Below are positions 51,501 to 62,024 of a stretch of DNA of 64,000 bases, in pieces. The DNA lies in assembly GCA_964270895.1 (NCBI GenBank), contig OZ185443.1; one strand, given 5' to 3'. The notes under the pieces were generated by a model. It saw only the letters and a list, made by a program, of their open reading frames with translations, was not told the origin of the DNA and ran no database searches. Source of the DNA: Podarcis filfolensis (Eukaryota). The position numbers and the translations under genes are program-made. Position 1 is the first letter of the stretch, and each line of letters begins with the position of its first letter.

Positions 51501-54500
51501 GACTCCCTGGTCCTGAATGGGGTAACTGTGCCCCTGAAGGACCAGGTGCGCAGCCTGGGAGTCATTTTGGACTCACAGCAGTCCATGGAGGCACAGGTCA
51601 ATTCTGTGTCCAGGGCAGCTGTCTACCAGCTCCATCTGGTACGCAGGCTGAGACCCTCCCTGCCCACGGACTACCTCGCCAGAGTGGTGCATGCTCTGGT
51701 TATCTCCCGCTTGGACTACTGCAAGGCGCTCTACGTGGGTCTACCTTTGAAGGTAACCTGGAAACCACAACTAATCCAGAATGCGGCAGCTAGACTGGTG
51801 ACTGGGAGCGGCTGCCAAGACCATATAACACCAGTCTTGAAAGACCTACATTGGCTCCCAGTACGTTTCCGAGCACAATTCAAAGTGTTGGTGCTGACCT
51901 TTAAAGCCCTAAATGGCCTCGGTCCAGTATATCTGAAGGAGCGTCTCTACCCCCTTCGTTCTACCCGGACACTGTTGTTGTTGTTATAAATCTATGACCT
52001 GTAGAATCTGGTTTGCTGCCAGAGCGCCACTCTCAAGTGTCTGGAACAATTTGCGCTCTGGTCCTTGGTGGGCTAAATGCCTTCTCACCTGGGAACACAG
52101 TCTGGGACCTCCTTCGTTTCATGCAAATGGGTCTTAATGCACAGTTTGCCTCTGAAATCTCCTCTGATCCCTTGCATTTTCCACGGCAGATGGAGAGCTC
52201 TTTCGCTCACATAGAAAAGGAAAAGCAGTGGTTGGAAATGACTTGCTCAGAAGACAGGAAGCACAAAGGAAACCTGGATGATAAGTGAGTAGGGTCTTCC
52301 CAGGGCATGACCTCAAGAAGGCTGGTGCACAACAAACTTGATGAAGCTAAGCAGTCTGGAGGGGAGTCCCACGCATGTGTTCCATAGAAGAAAAGCAGGA
52401 TATAAATACATTTGAGTTGGAAAAAAACAAAAACGAGGGAATATAAAATCGTAGATTAGTCTGAATTATTATAGAATCATAGAATTGTAGAACTGGAGGG
52501 AACCCCAAGGGTCATCTAGTCCAACCCTCTGCAATGCAGGAATCTCAGCTAAAGAACCTCTGACAGATGGCCATCTATCCTCTGTTTAAAAGCCTCCAAC
52601 GAAGGAGAGCTTTCTGAGGGCTCCATTCTACACTTGAACAGCTCTTGGCACCAGAAAGTTCTTCCTAATGTTTATTGTTAATGGCTGATTCCCTTCCAGG
52701 AAAGAAGGCTCGCATGACCAGTTGAGGCTGGTCCATTAGAGCAAGTGGGGCCCTTGCTGCTCCGCTAAGCTTGGTCCTCAGCAAGCCCCTGTCTCCCAAC
52801 TTACTATTATTATTGCATTCATTCACATCCTGTCTTTTTTTCTGACAGGGACTCAAAGTGGCTTATAGAGAAAACAGAAACAGCTAAAAGCATAGGAAAA
52901 AAGAAATTGTTTAAAAACAATTAAATATTAACATATCTAAGATCTATTAAAACATACAGTGGTACCTCGGGTTACAGAAGCTTCAGGTTACAGACTCCGC
53001 TAACCCAGAAATAGTACCTCAGGTTAAGAACTTTGCTTCAGGATGAGAACAGAAAGTGCACAGTGGTGGTGCAGCGGCAGCGGGAGGCCCCATTAGCTAA
53101 AGTGGCACCTCAGGTTAAGAACAGTTTCAGGTTAAGAACGGACCTCCAGAATGAATAAAGTTCTTAACCCGAGATACCACTGTACAGATAATTACAATAA
53201 AAACATCACAGCAGCAGCCCTTTCCTTAAAAACAGTCAGTTCCCAAAGGCCCTGTTGGAATATAACAGTCTGTGCCTGCCAGCAGAAGCTGGGCGTAGCA
53301 TTGGGAGGGCCGGGGGGGACGACGGAGGGACGTAGTCCCGGGCACGTGGTTTTGAGGGGGCTTGAGTCAGGCACTTCCACACAGGATTCCCTGCCCTGCT
53401 TGCCGTCAGGGGTCTCTGGGCTCCCCCCTGAATGGGTGGGCAGCCAGGCAGCGCAGCCTCGTGAACCCTCTGTGCCCAGCACCTGCCCAGTACTTCGTGC
53501 CCGTCTCTATTTTCACCGGAAAAATGTTGGAGGGAATGATTTCTGCAGAGCACGTAAATGTTATGTTCTGGGTACTGTTACTCTTTTGATGCGTAAGCAA
53601 ACTTAGGAAACAGGAATGAACTATTCTTAGCACGGCAGACAAGAGCCCAGTGGCGTAGCGTGGAGGGTGCAGGGGGGGGGCCGGCCGCACCGGGCGCAAC
53701 ATCTGGGGGTTAGGGTTAGGGGGCGCAAATCCACGGGTTAGGGGGCGCAAATTACTTGCCTTGCCCCGGGTGCTGACAACCCACGCTACGCCACTGCAAG
53801 AGCCTCATATTTGTCTGGATGTGCCTGCCTTTTAGGCTCTTCAGTTTGGAAACAGAGCTGGTAAAGGCCAGATCTTCTCTAGGCAAAAGGAACCACGGAT
53901 CACTTTCATCCCTGGGCTCCAATCAGAACGCCACTGTGGTAAGCATGGCTCCCTAAAATTGACCTCAGCCGGGGCGTGTGGGTATGTCTGGACTTAGCAC
54001 AGGATCGGACATAGATAGGTTATCATGTTTAAAATTGCAAGAATTCATAAAAGGTGGTGTATGGGCACAGAATTTAGTGTCCTAGGCCTTCAGTAAAAAA
54101 AACAAAGTTGCTGGTCTTCATGAAAGCACCGATATATTTGAAAACATCTGAGTGATACCTCTTGAAATCTAAGAAGGCCGATTCGCAGTTGTTGGAGGGG
54201 GGGGCGACTTTGGTGCCTGCATAACTTCTTACCCCCTCCGCACAACAATCAAAACCAGAATGAATGATGAAAATAATAATTGCTTACTGAATTCAGATCA
54301 CAGAATTCATCCCTACCCCCATGCAGAATTTGGGTTGCTTGGCAACATAATTTTCATTTTCCTTAGCACAAAATCCATGCAGCCCTGCTCATCAAGGTCA
54401 GAAGCCCCACTGCCACAAATATAATGTCCTTATCGATGATGGGTTAAGGTGTTAGGGGTTAATGTGTGATGTTCTATTGTGTTGTTGTGTTTCTGTATAT

Positions 54501-57500
54501 TCACCTGGAAGCCCTGACTGGGCAACCCAGTCAGATGGTCAGGATACAACTCATCATCATCATCATCGGTTTAAAATGTATTTAAAAACCACAGAAGTCA
54601 TTCAAATGCACTCTTGATTTCCAGGAAGAACTGGTCAGCCTTCAAAGCAGCCTGTTGGCTCACGAAAGCCACATCAAGGCCCTAAAAGAAAAACAGGAGG
54701 AGATGGTGCAGAAGCTGGAAACTGCAAAAGAGGTTTGCCAAGGAGACTGCAAGTTGCCTGTAGGGCTGCGGAGTAGCTAAGATATAGAGTTGCAGAGGGA
54801 CCTACACTGTACATTTCAAGCACACAACTTCCCCCAAACACTCCTGGGTCCTATATTCTATTATGGGGGCTGGGAATTTGCAGTTCTGTGAGGTGGGGAA
54901 CTATAGTTCTCAGGGGCCAGAAACCACAGTTCCCAGGATATAAAGCCACATGCTTTATACACTTGCTAAATGTGCTTTAAATATATGGTGTGAATGTGAC
55001 CAATGCTTGGGGAAGGGCATGTTGCCTCCTTAGTCCCCTGCAAAAGTACCTTTACCTAATTCTGCAAACATTGGGGTCCCCCCAATTCTGCTGATATCTC
55101 CCGCTTGTTTCTCAGTAGCCCCGTTTTGGCTACATAGCTGTTGGCACTAAGTGGTGGTATATAGTTTTACACACCACCCCAATTTCTGAGTGGCAAGAGA
55201 TTCTGGGGTATCCAGGCTTCCGTTTCCTTGGAATGAAGACCAGTGGTGTCTTTATGATATATGCTTTATTTACACAGAGGTACTGAGGCATCTGATCAAG
55301 ACTTGTATTTTAAAATGAGCTTAAAAAATATATTTGCAGATGCTTGTGTGTTTTATGCCAGGCAGAAGACCAGCTGGCTAAAAGGCTTTGGCAGATGTTT
55401 ATCCTCCTGGACAAGGGCCCCCCTGATTTATAGCAGGAGCCAAAATTCTCAAAGTTGTAAAAGGGAATTATAGGCTGGGAACAAAAAGGTTACACTGACC
55501 CCACATATTACAGAATACAATCAAGCTGCAAAAACACTAATTAAGAGTTAGTAAATAGTAGGATTTATTGTTTAACAGAAAATAATACCATGTGCCTCCC
55601 ATTAGGGTTTAGCCACATTTTCCTAAGGTTAAAGGGCAAGAGCTAATAGAAACAGCAGCTGGCTTGAAAGGGGGGTGTAAATTTAAGGGATTGCTTTTGG
55701 AAAGTGTTTTTACTAAGTTCCTTTTTACTTTGAAAAGGCCTTTGCTTCTAAAAAATCTATATATGTTATGTATGAAATATATTGGCTTAAATGTAATTAT
55801 GCAAAGGATTTAGAAAGTAAGAAATGTTAGATTCTTATTTCATTGATGATGTGTGAGAATGTGAACCCAAGATCTGTTTAAAACCATGAGGCATCTGTTT
55901 TAGCCATCTATTTTGGAATAGGGCAATAGGGCAATAGGGCAAAAGGTGATCTGGTAATTAAGGTGCCTTGTTGAGGCAAATGTAAGATATATGGCTACTT
56001 GTTTGCCATTTATAGATAGAAGGAAATATAGCTCTTTGTCTCCCATAAAAGGTAATAGGAAATGGGCGTATCTTTTATGATTGGTTCTAGCAAACAGCCA
56101 ATAGGAATTTCAACCAGGCTGATTGGACAAAGGCAGCCAAAGCAGGAGCAAGGGGGTTGGGCTGAGGAAATATAAGTGCTGGCCATCAGGGCTGGAGTGG
56201 GCAGAGCTTTGGTAACCATATACCACTGTGTCTCTCATTTATTTCAAATAAATTATTATTTTAATTTCTCTATTGCTGCGTTGAATATTTCATTCCAGCT
56301 AAGCGTTAACCACAAGCAGGGTGCTACAGTACAACCTGAGCTTAAGATGGAGGGGCTCACAGAATTAACACCCCAACAGATCTTGCTTCTCCATTAGTCT
56401 AATCTTTGGATCCATCACGAAACAAAAAGTTCTCTGTGTCCCCAGCTTCCAGCTCTGCTCACACTGGCTATTGTCCCCCTACCTCGCAGATAGTTGAAGG
56501 GGGCGGAGGAGAGGGCCAGCCTTTGGCTAGAAGGGCCCCATCACTTAGTTGCAGATCTTGAAACCTAGCTCATTGTTTGGGGACACTGATAAGAACAAAA
56601 GAAGAGCCTGCTGGATCAGGACAAGGGCCCATTGAGTCAGGCATCCTCTTCTCACAGGGGCCAGCCACATGCCCACTATGGGAATCTTGTTATTAAATAT
56701 ACCAAGAAAAAAACAAACCAAGAACTCAGGCCAATGTAAGTTTCAATAGTGGGAGTAGTCCCTACTCACAAATAAATAATCAATTTTAACAAAAACTGAT
56801 CCATTCAAAAGTATGTATTCTGATAAGGATTACAAACTCAAATAGAGATTGCAAACTCTAACAGAGATTACAAACTCCAACTCATAAAGATATGTATAAC
56901 ACAATAATTTGTTACAGAATTAGAAATAAGAGTTTATGCTTAGAGACAAGTTCATGTTAGTCCATAGTCAGATTTGACGTGAAGGTCTTAGTTTCAATCA
57001 CTGAGCAGAAGTCAGAAGTTAATTATGGATCAGAAACCAGGACAGGGCCCTGTTTCGATGTATTCACCTTCATCAGCTAGAAGTATCAAATATTACATGA
57101 AAACACATTTAAATTCTAAATTACCATAGATTATAAAGCAGTCATAAATTATAAAACAGTATTATATAACATTTGGTTCCTTACCTAATTTTTAAAGGGT
57201 CATGTAAGTTTGAAGACTTTCGGATAAACATATCCTGTTATTTTCTACATTTCTCAGAGATAGCAACTGAAAATAATATTAATAATAATGACATGTGTTG
57301 AATCAAATTAAAAACTCTAAGGCAGCATATAATCATATGATTCCTCATCTACGTGTGGGTAGATCAACGTGTATCTTGTGCTTTTCTGTGTGTTTTCAAT
57401 TTGGAAGTGAGCCTGTTGCCTTTTATATGCACTTAAAGGGGTAGATGAGATTCCCTAGATCTTCTTAAAGGCATAGAGTTCTAAACTTCAGAGGACAGCT

Positions 57501-60500
57501 ACAGTTTAATTTAAAGGTCTTAAAGAAATGATGTATAATCCTGATAGCTATTCAGACCCATAGGGGTCATGGTCTTAAGTAAATGGATGTACTGGACTTC
57601 CTGTTGTAATAACAGTCTATTGATATCTCTCCGATTGGTTTCCAGATAATGAAAATTACAAACCAGATAGGTTTCCAGATAATGAAAATTACAAAAGCAT
57701 CTTCCTGGTGTTTCTGTTGTATGTAGTGTTCTACTAGTGGGGTGTGTCCATGCAAGAAGTTGTACATTGGCAAGAGTACCAGACCGATAAAACTACACAT
57801 AAATGAACATCGCTCACGAATCTGTGGATAAATGCCGGCTCCCTCGGCCTGAAAGCGAGATGAGCACCATACCCCATAGTCACCTTTGACTGGACTTAAC
57901 CGTCCAGGGGTCCTTTACCTTTACTGCCCACTCTGAGAACCTCTGCGTTAAGCCAGAGGGAAGGGCAGAGGGGCGCTGGGAATGAGTTTATGGAACCAAG
58001 GTGGACCCTGAAAGTGTGGGAACTGCTGGTCTATGCACTCTTCACTCTGACGAAATATGTTTGAATGACATTTTGAGGGGGAAATGTGCTGGTTTGCCTG
58101 ACAGGAGAAGGATCGGTTGGAGGAGAAGGTGAGGGAGCTCATCCTGAAGTTGGAATCTGCCCTTTCTGACTGGGAGAGACTCCTCCAGGTATGGGGCCTG
58201 GGCAGGACATTAGCTAGGGGGTGTTGAGGTGGGCCCCGCCAGGGGTGCAGGCAATGGGGGGGGAGCACAAAATTGGCTAAAAATATGTCCATAAATATAA
58301 ATAAATGATTATTGCCTCATAAGAAATGGTTTTAAATAGAGGGTGAATTGAATGGGTGGAAGGGAGGGGGTTGGAGGAGAGGCGGAAAGAAGAGTTGCCA
58401 TCTGATGGGCAGCATAGTTACCTGTGCTGCTTTGAGTACTGCAGGCGTGTGTTGAGCTATAGCGTTTCAATCCTGCCAGCCGCTTTGCTTTCATTTTGAT
58501 GAAGAAGAGTGAGCCGTAAACAACCATAACGACCATAGCGACTGTCTTGCAGGAGAAGGTGGCTCTCCACCAGGAGGTCCAACATCTCACCTTGGAGCTG
58601 GAGCGTGCACTGAAACAGCATGAAGGCTCCAACGACCAAGTCTCAGCCCTCCGTTTGGAGCTCGTCTGTGCCAAGACCCAATTCAAACACCAGGACAAGG
58701 AGAAGGTTCTCATGGAGGAGAAGCTGGAGTCCACCAGACAGGTGAGTTCCCCCATTCTGGCCCATTCTCCAGCTGTGGGTGGGATCCATGAAACACCTAC
58801 ATCACTCTCAGTTCCTTGGAGAAAAAGGTGGGGAAAAAATGCAATACATTATATTAAATTGCTTCACCCACTTCTGTCTCTGGCCACGCACTGCTGGCAT
58901 GCAACCCCTCCCCTGGAAAGGAATGTGCGCCTCACACGGAAAAATGTTCTCCATCCCTGAAAGATTACTATTATTAACTACAATTTATCACCTGCCCTTC
59001 GTCCTAAAGTCCCAGGACAGGTTATAAGAGTTAAAAAACAGCAGTAATATTAACACACAATACCACACAACTTCAAAAACAGCTTAAAACATCATAAAAA
59101 ATATACATATGAATCAGCTCTGTATAGGTATGCTCAGTGGAGACACAGGAGAGGGCCCTCTCAGCGGCTGCTCTCAAGCAACTTTGGAACTCCTTCCAAG
59201 GGAAGCCAGACTGGCTCCCTCCTTGCTGCCAGCAAGTGAAGACTTTCTTGTTCCAAAAAGGTCTTTGGGGAATGACTGTTTTTAAGGAAAGGGCAGGTGC
59301 TGAGCTGTTTTTATTGTAATGATCTGTATATAATAATAGTAATAATAATAATTTATTATTTGTACCCCGCCCATCTGGCTGGGTTTCCCCAGCCACTCTG
59401 GGCGGCTTCCATAAAAACCAAAAATACAATAAAATATCACACGTTAAAAACTTCCCTGAACAGGGCTGCCTTAAGATGTCTTCTGAATGTCAGGTAGTTG
59501 TTTATCGCTTTGACATCTGCTGGAAGGGCGTTCCACAGGGCAGGCGCCACTACCGAGAAGGCCCTCTGCCTGGTTCCCTGTAGCTTTGCTTCTCGCAAGG
59601 AGGGAACCGCCAGAAGGCCCTCGGCGCTGGACCTCAGCGTCCAGGCAGAATGATGGGGGTGGAGACGCTCCTGTATGTTTTAATAGGTATCACACACACA
59701 CACACACACAATTTTAATTCTAATTAGTGTTTAATTGTTTTTTAATGATTGAGTTTTTCTGTTTTTAGCTATTTCTATTTTATCTGGCATCTTAAGTCCC
59801 TGTCTGGGAAAAAGCTAGGCTATATATTATATTATATTACCATTTTATATTCTAATAATATTTTCATAGGTGGACAGTTGTGGTTAGGTAGCGATCTGGC
59901 CCTGTGCCCAACTGTTCACTAGATCAGCAGTTCTACCCAGAAGGTCTTGAGTTTACCAAGTGGCCGTGTGCATTCACCTGGAAGGGTCTCCGGGCTAAGT
60001 GAATAGAGCAAAGGCCTTGCAATCTCCCTTGCAGGCGTGCAAAACGCTCTCTTCCGAAGCAGCCGAGAGCCGCCAGAGGCTGGAAGCCTCTCTGGAGAAG
60101 CTCCATCGCTCCGAAGCAGAGAAGAAGATCCTTGAGAGCCGCATCCAGGCGCTGGAGAATGAGCGGAGCCAGATGCTGAAAGAGGCGGAAGGAGCCTCTC
60201 TGAGTCAAGAGGACAGGAGGAAGCTGGAGGAAGAGGTGAAGGCTCTCCAGGAAACCTGTGCGAATCTCAGGTACTTGGCAGGAAACACTGGGAGATAGCC
60301 TTTTTCCTGAGCTGCTGCTTTTCTCCAATTAACCACTCCAGTCACAATGTTTAATATGGCTTTTATTTGGTCAAAGCAACAGCAACTGTTGGGAACCCTC
60401 CAGGAGTAGAGTCCGAAGGACTGTTAGCCACACAGACTTCCAGAGAGGCATTCCCTCCCCTTAGCTTTGCATGTGCACAGGAATTAAGTCACGTTCCAGA

Positions 60501-62024
60501 GGAAAAGTGTGCCTGTATTATCAGAGCTGGATGCCTGAATTAGCAAGAAGAATTTGGTGTCTATTTTCCATCAGTTTGGCTCAAGGCTGAGTTTTCCCTG
60601 CACAAATGTCCTTGACACATCCTTAATACAGTCTGTGGAAGCATATTCTCTTAGTTGTAGTTCCCCTATCAGTATGTATAGCAGAGCTTTCCAAACTTTT
60701 CCTGTTGGGGGCACACTTTTTAGACATGCATCATTTCGTGACGCAGTAATTCAGTTTTATTAGCAAACTGAAGGTTAAACTACCCCCTTTCCAGCTCTGG
60801 GAGGAGTTTGGGGAGCAGTCATGCCACACACTTGCACACTGCAGTCAACACAATGACATATTGTGACACACAGTTTGGAAAGCTCTGGTATACAGCAATT
60901 TGTTGACCTGCTACAGTAGTAAATATTAGGAGATGGCAGAGATCCTGCAGCCTGATATTCTGCTTTTCGGGGAGTGGTTTTTTTTTTTGTACGTTCCTCT
61001 GTCACAAGAGGGCAAAGTCTTGTTCTCTGCTGCCCAGAGGCAGGGATGGGGCAGAAATTGAGTTCAATGTAGCTTAGACTGAGAGAATGATTCAAGGTCA
61101 TGAAGTGAGCTTAACAGCCAAGTGGAGGTTTGTAGCTTCTATTTGGTTATTAGTTGTTTATTTATTAAAGTGTTATACACAGCAAAATTGTGAAAATAAA
61201 ACCTCAAAGCGGTTTACAAAGAGACTAAAATGATAAAATTACCTGTTAAAAACAACTCTTAAATTCAGTCAAAAGATAAACTCAGCAATTGACTAAAAAC
61301 GGATTGAAACTTTCATCAACTTTCTAAACATCTGCCTAAGCAACAATATTTTTAGCAGGTGCTGGAAAGAGCACAGTGAGGGTGCCTGCCTGATATCAAC
61401 AGGCAGGGAGTTCCAAAGATAGTGTTCTTACAATTGTAGAATGGGTATTACGTGGCAGGTGTAAAAATGCCAGTTCCAGCAGTTGAAGTAGTCAGATACA
61501 GGGGGGCTATAATTGGGGATATGGGGAAATGAGATCTCAAGTTGTTCAGGATTTATATGCTAATCGTAACACCTTGAACTTGGTCTGGTGGCAAACTGGC
61601 AGGCAGTGCAGATCTCTGGGCACAGGGGCAATATGCTGACCAGACCTCCCCTCTGTCAGCCTTAACCCTTCAGCATCCTGCACTGACTGCAGCTTCTGGA
61701 CCAAGAGCAAAGGAAGCCCCACATGGGGCTTGAAGTAACCCCTGTCACCACGAGGTCAGAAAGCGAGCGAGCGGCTGCCTTGTCCCCTCTGTTTCTTGCA
61801 GGGAATCCTGGAGGCTCGTACAGAGAGAGAAGGACATGCTGCAGGCTCGTACCCTGGAGCTAGAAGCAGCTCTGCAAGCCAAGCAGGAGCAGGTGGGCAG
61901 CCGGCTGGACAGCCAGGAGCACATGCCCCAGGACGGGAGAGGTCGGCAGGGGCAGCGGACGGCAGCCGCGAAGACCAGGGAGGAGGAGCTGCAGAACATG
62001 AGTGCCCCAGGCCTCTCTGCCAAG
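48474..62024 (+). CDS. Unnamed coiled-coil protein, partial: join(48474..48515,48616..48767,50426..50690,52190..52284,53836..53938,54625..54732,58553..58741,60035..60270,61802..62024), 471 codons, 3' end not found
   Basis: Nine exons with AG/GT boundaries splice into one stop-free frame (phases 0,2,0,2,0,0,0,2). Low-complexity N-terminus, then E/K/Q/L-rich heptad segments. The start codon is provisional. Confidence 0.8.
48616..48767 (+). CDS. Coiled-coil gene exon b
   Basis: Long polypyrimidine tract plus cag; RVVNGASGPLELSSSRG to TKGSR; donor AT|gtacgt. Confidence 0.6.
49558..50158. mobile_element. 601-bp non-autonomous Tc1/mariner-superfamily element (Tc2/Kanga-like TIRs)
   Basis: TA TSD; TIR ccatatttttcgccc / gggcgaaaaatatgg; internal hairpin and direct repeats. 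The family name is tentative. Confidence 0.75.
50426..50690 (+). CDS. Coiled-coil gene exon c
   Basis: cttgccag|A GAT ATA to LELELNMMHFELLSLKQK|gtaatg. Confidence 0.8.
51375..51985 (+). mobile_element. L2-clade LINE 3' fragment
   Basis: LRLNPDKTEV, SRLDYC, LHWLPVRFRAQFKVLVL. Confidence 0.85.
52190..52284 (+). CDS. Coiled-coil gene exon d
   Basis: cggcag|MESSFAHIEKEKQWLEMTCSEDRKHKGNLDD AA|gtgagt. Confidence 0.8.
52957..53182. mobile_element. Tc1/mariner (Tigger-like) MITE
   Basis: TA-cagtggtacctcggg to cccgagataccactg-TA. Confidence 0.85.
53648..53796. mobile_element. hAT-type MITE carrying TTAGGG repeats (inverted relative to 47064)
   Basis: Same TIRs; perfect 8-bp TSD CAAGAGCC. Confidence 0.88.
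53836..53938 (+). CDS. Coiled-coil gene exon e
   Basis: cttttag|G LFSLETELVKARSSL to NQNATV|gtaagc. Confidence 0.8.
54625..54732 (+). CDS. Coiled-coil gene exon f
   Basis: ttccag|EELVSLQSSLLAHESHIKALKEKQEEMVQKLETAKE|gtttgc. Confidence 0.8.
56688..57822 (-). mobile_element. Degenerate Penelope-like retroelement with a 5' inversion (left boundary approximate)
   Basis: Plus strand 57745-57822 encodes CPCKKLYIGKSTRPIKLHINEHRSRI (GIY-YIG YIG motif). Minus strand encodes TPLVEHYIQQKH and DINRLLLQQEVQYIHLLKTMTPMGLN* (stop 57520-57522). A hammerhead lies in the 3' region. Confidence 0.8.
57037..57080 (-). ncRNA. Minimal type I hammerhead ribozyme
   Basis: Minus strand reads CUAG-CUGAUGA-A-GGUG(AAUA)CAUC-GAA-ACAGGGCCCUGU-C-CUGG. 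It has the full catalytic core, a 4-bp stem II, a palindromic stem III, a GUC cleavage triplet and a 4-bp stem I. Confidence 0.8.
57830..57924 (+). mobile_element. Sauria-type SINE 3' fragment
   Basis: gccggctccctcggcc to caggggtcctttacctttac. Confidence 0.7.
58553..58741 (+). CDS. Coiled-coil gene exon g
   Basis: cttgcag|EKVALHQEVQHLTLELERALK to EEKLESTRQ|gtgagt. Confidence 0.85.
59333..59675 (-). mobile_element. L2-clade LINE 3' end
   Basis: Matches the 63342 copy (ccccgcccatctggctgggtttccccagccactctggg). Confidence 0.8.
60035..60270 (+). CDS. Coiled-coil gene exon h
   Basis: cttgcag|ACKTLSSEAAESRQRLEASLEKL to LQETCANL AG|gtactt. Confidence 0.85.
61802..62024 (+). CDS. Coiled-coil gene exon i (alternative in-frame donor at 61892)
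   Basis: tttcttgcag|G ESWRLVQREKDMLQARTLELEAALQAKQEQ to GLSAK|gtgtgg. Confidence 0.75.

Noticed and set aside
55400-56230. AT-rich stretch suspected to be an L1 or other LINE remnant
   Set aside because: I could not read any diagnostic protein motif by eye; it needs a RepeatMasker run.
57637-57695. Repeat-spacer-repeat pattern resembling CRISPR
   Set aside because: It is a simple 33-bp-period tandem duplication inside the Penelope remnant, in eukaryotic DNA with no cas genes.
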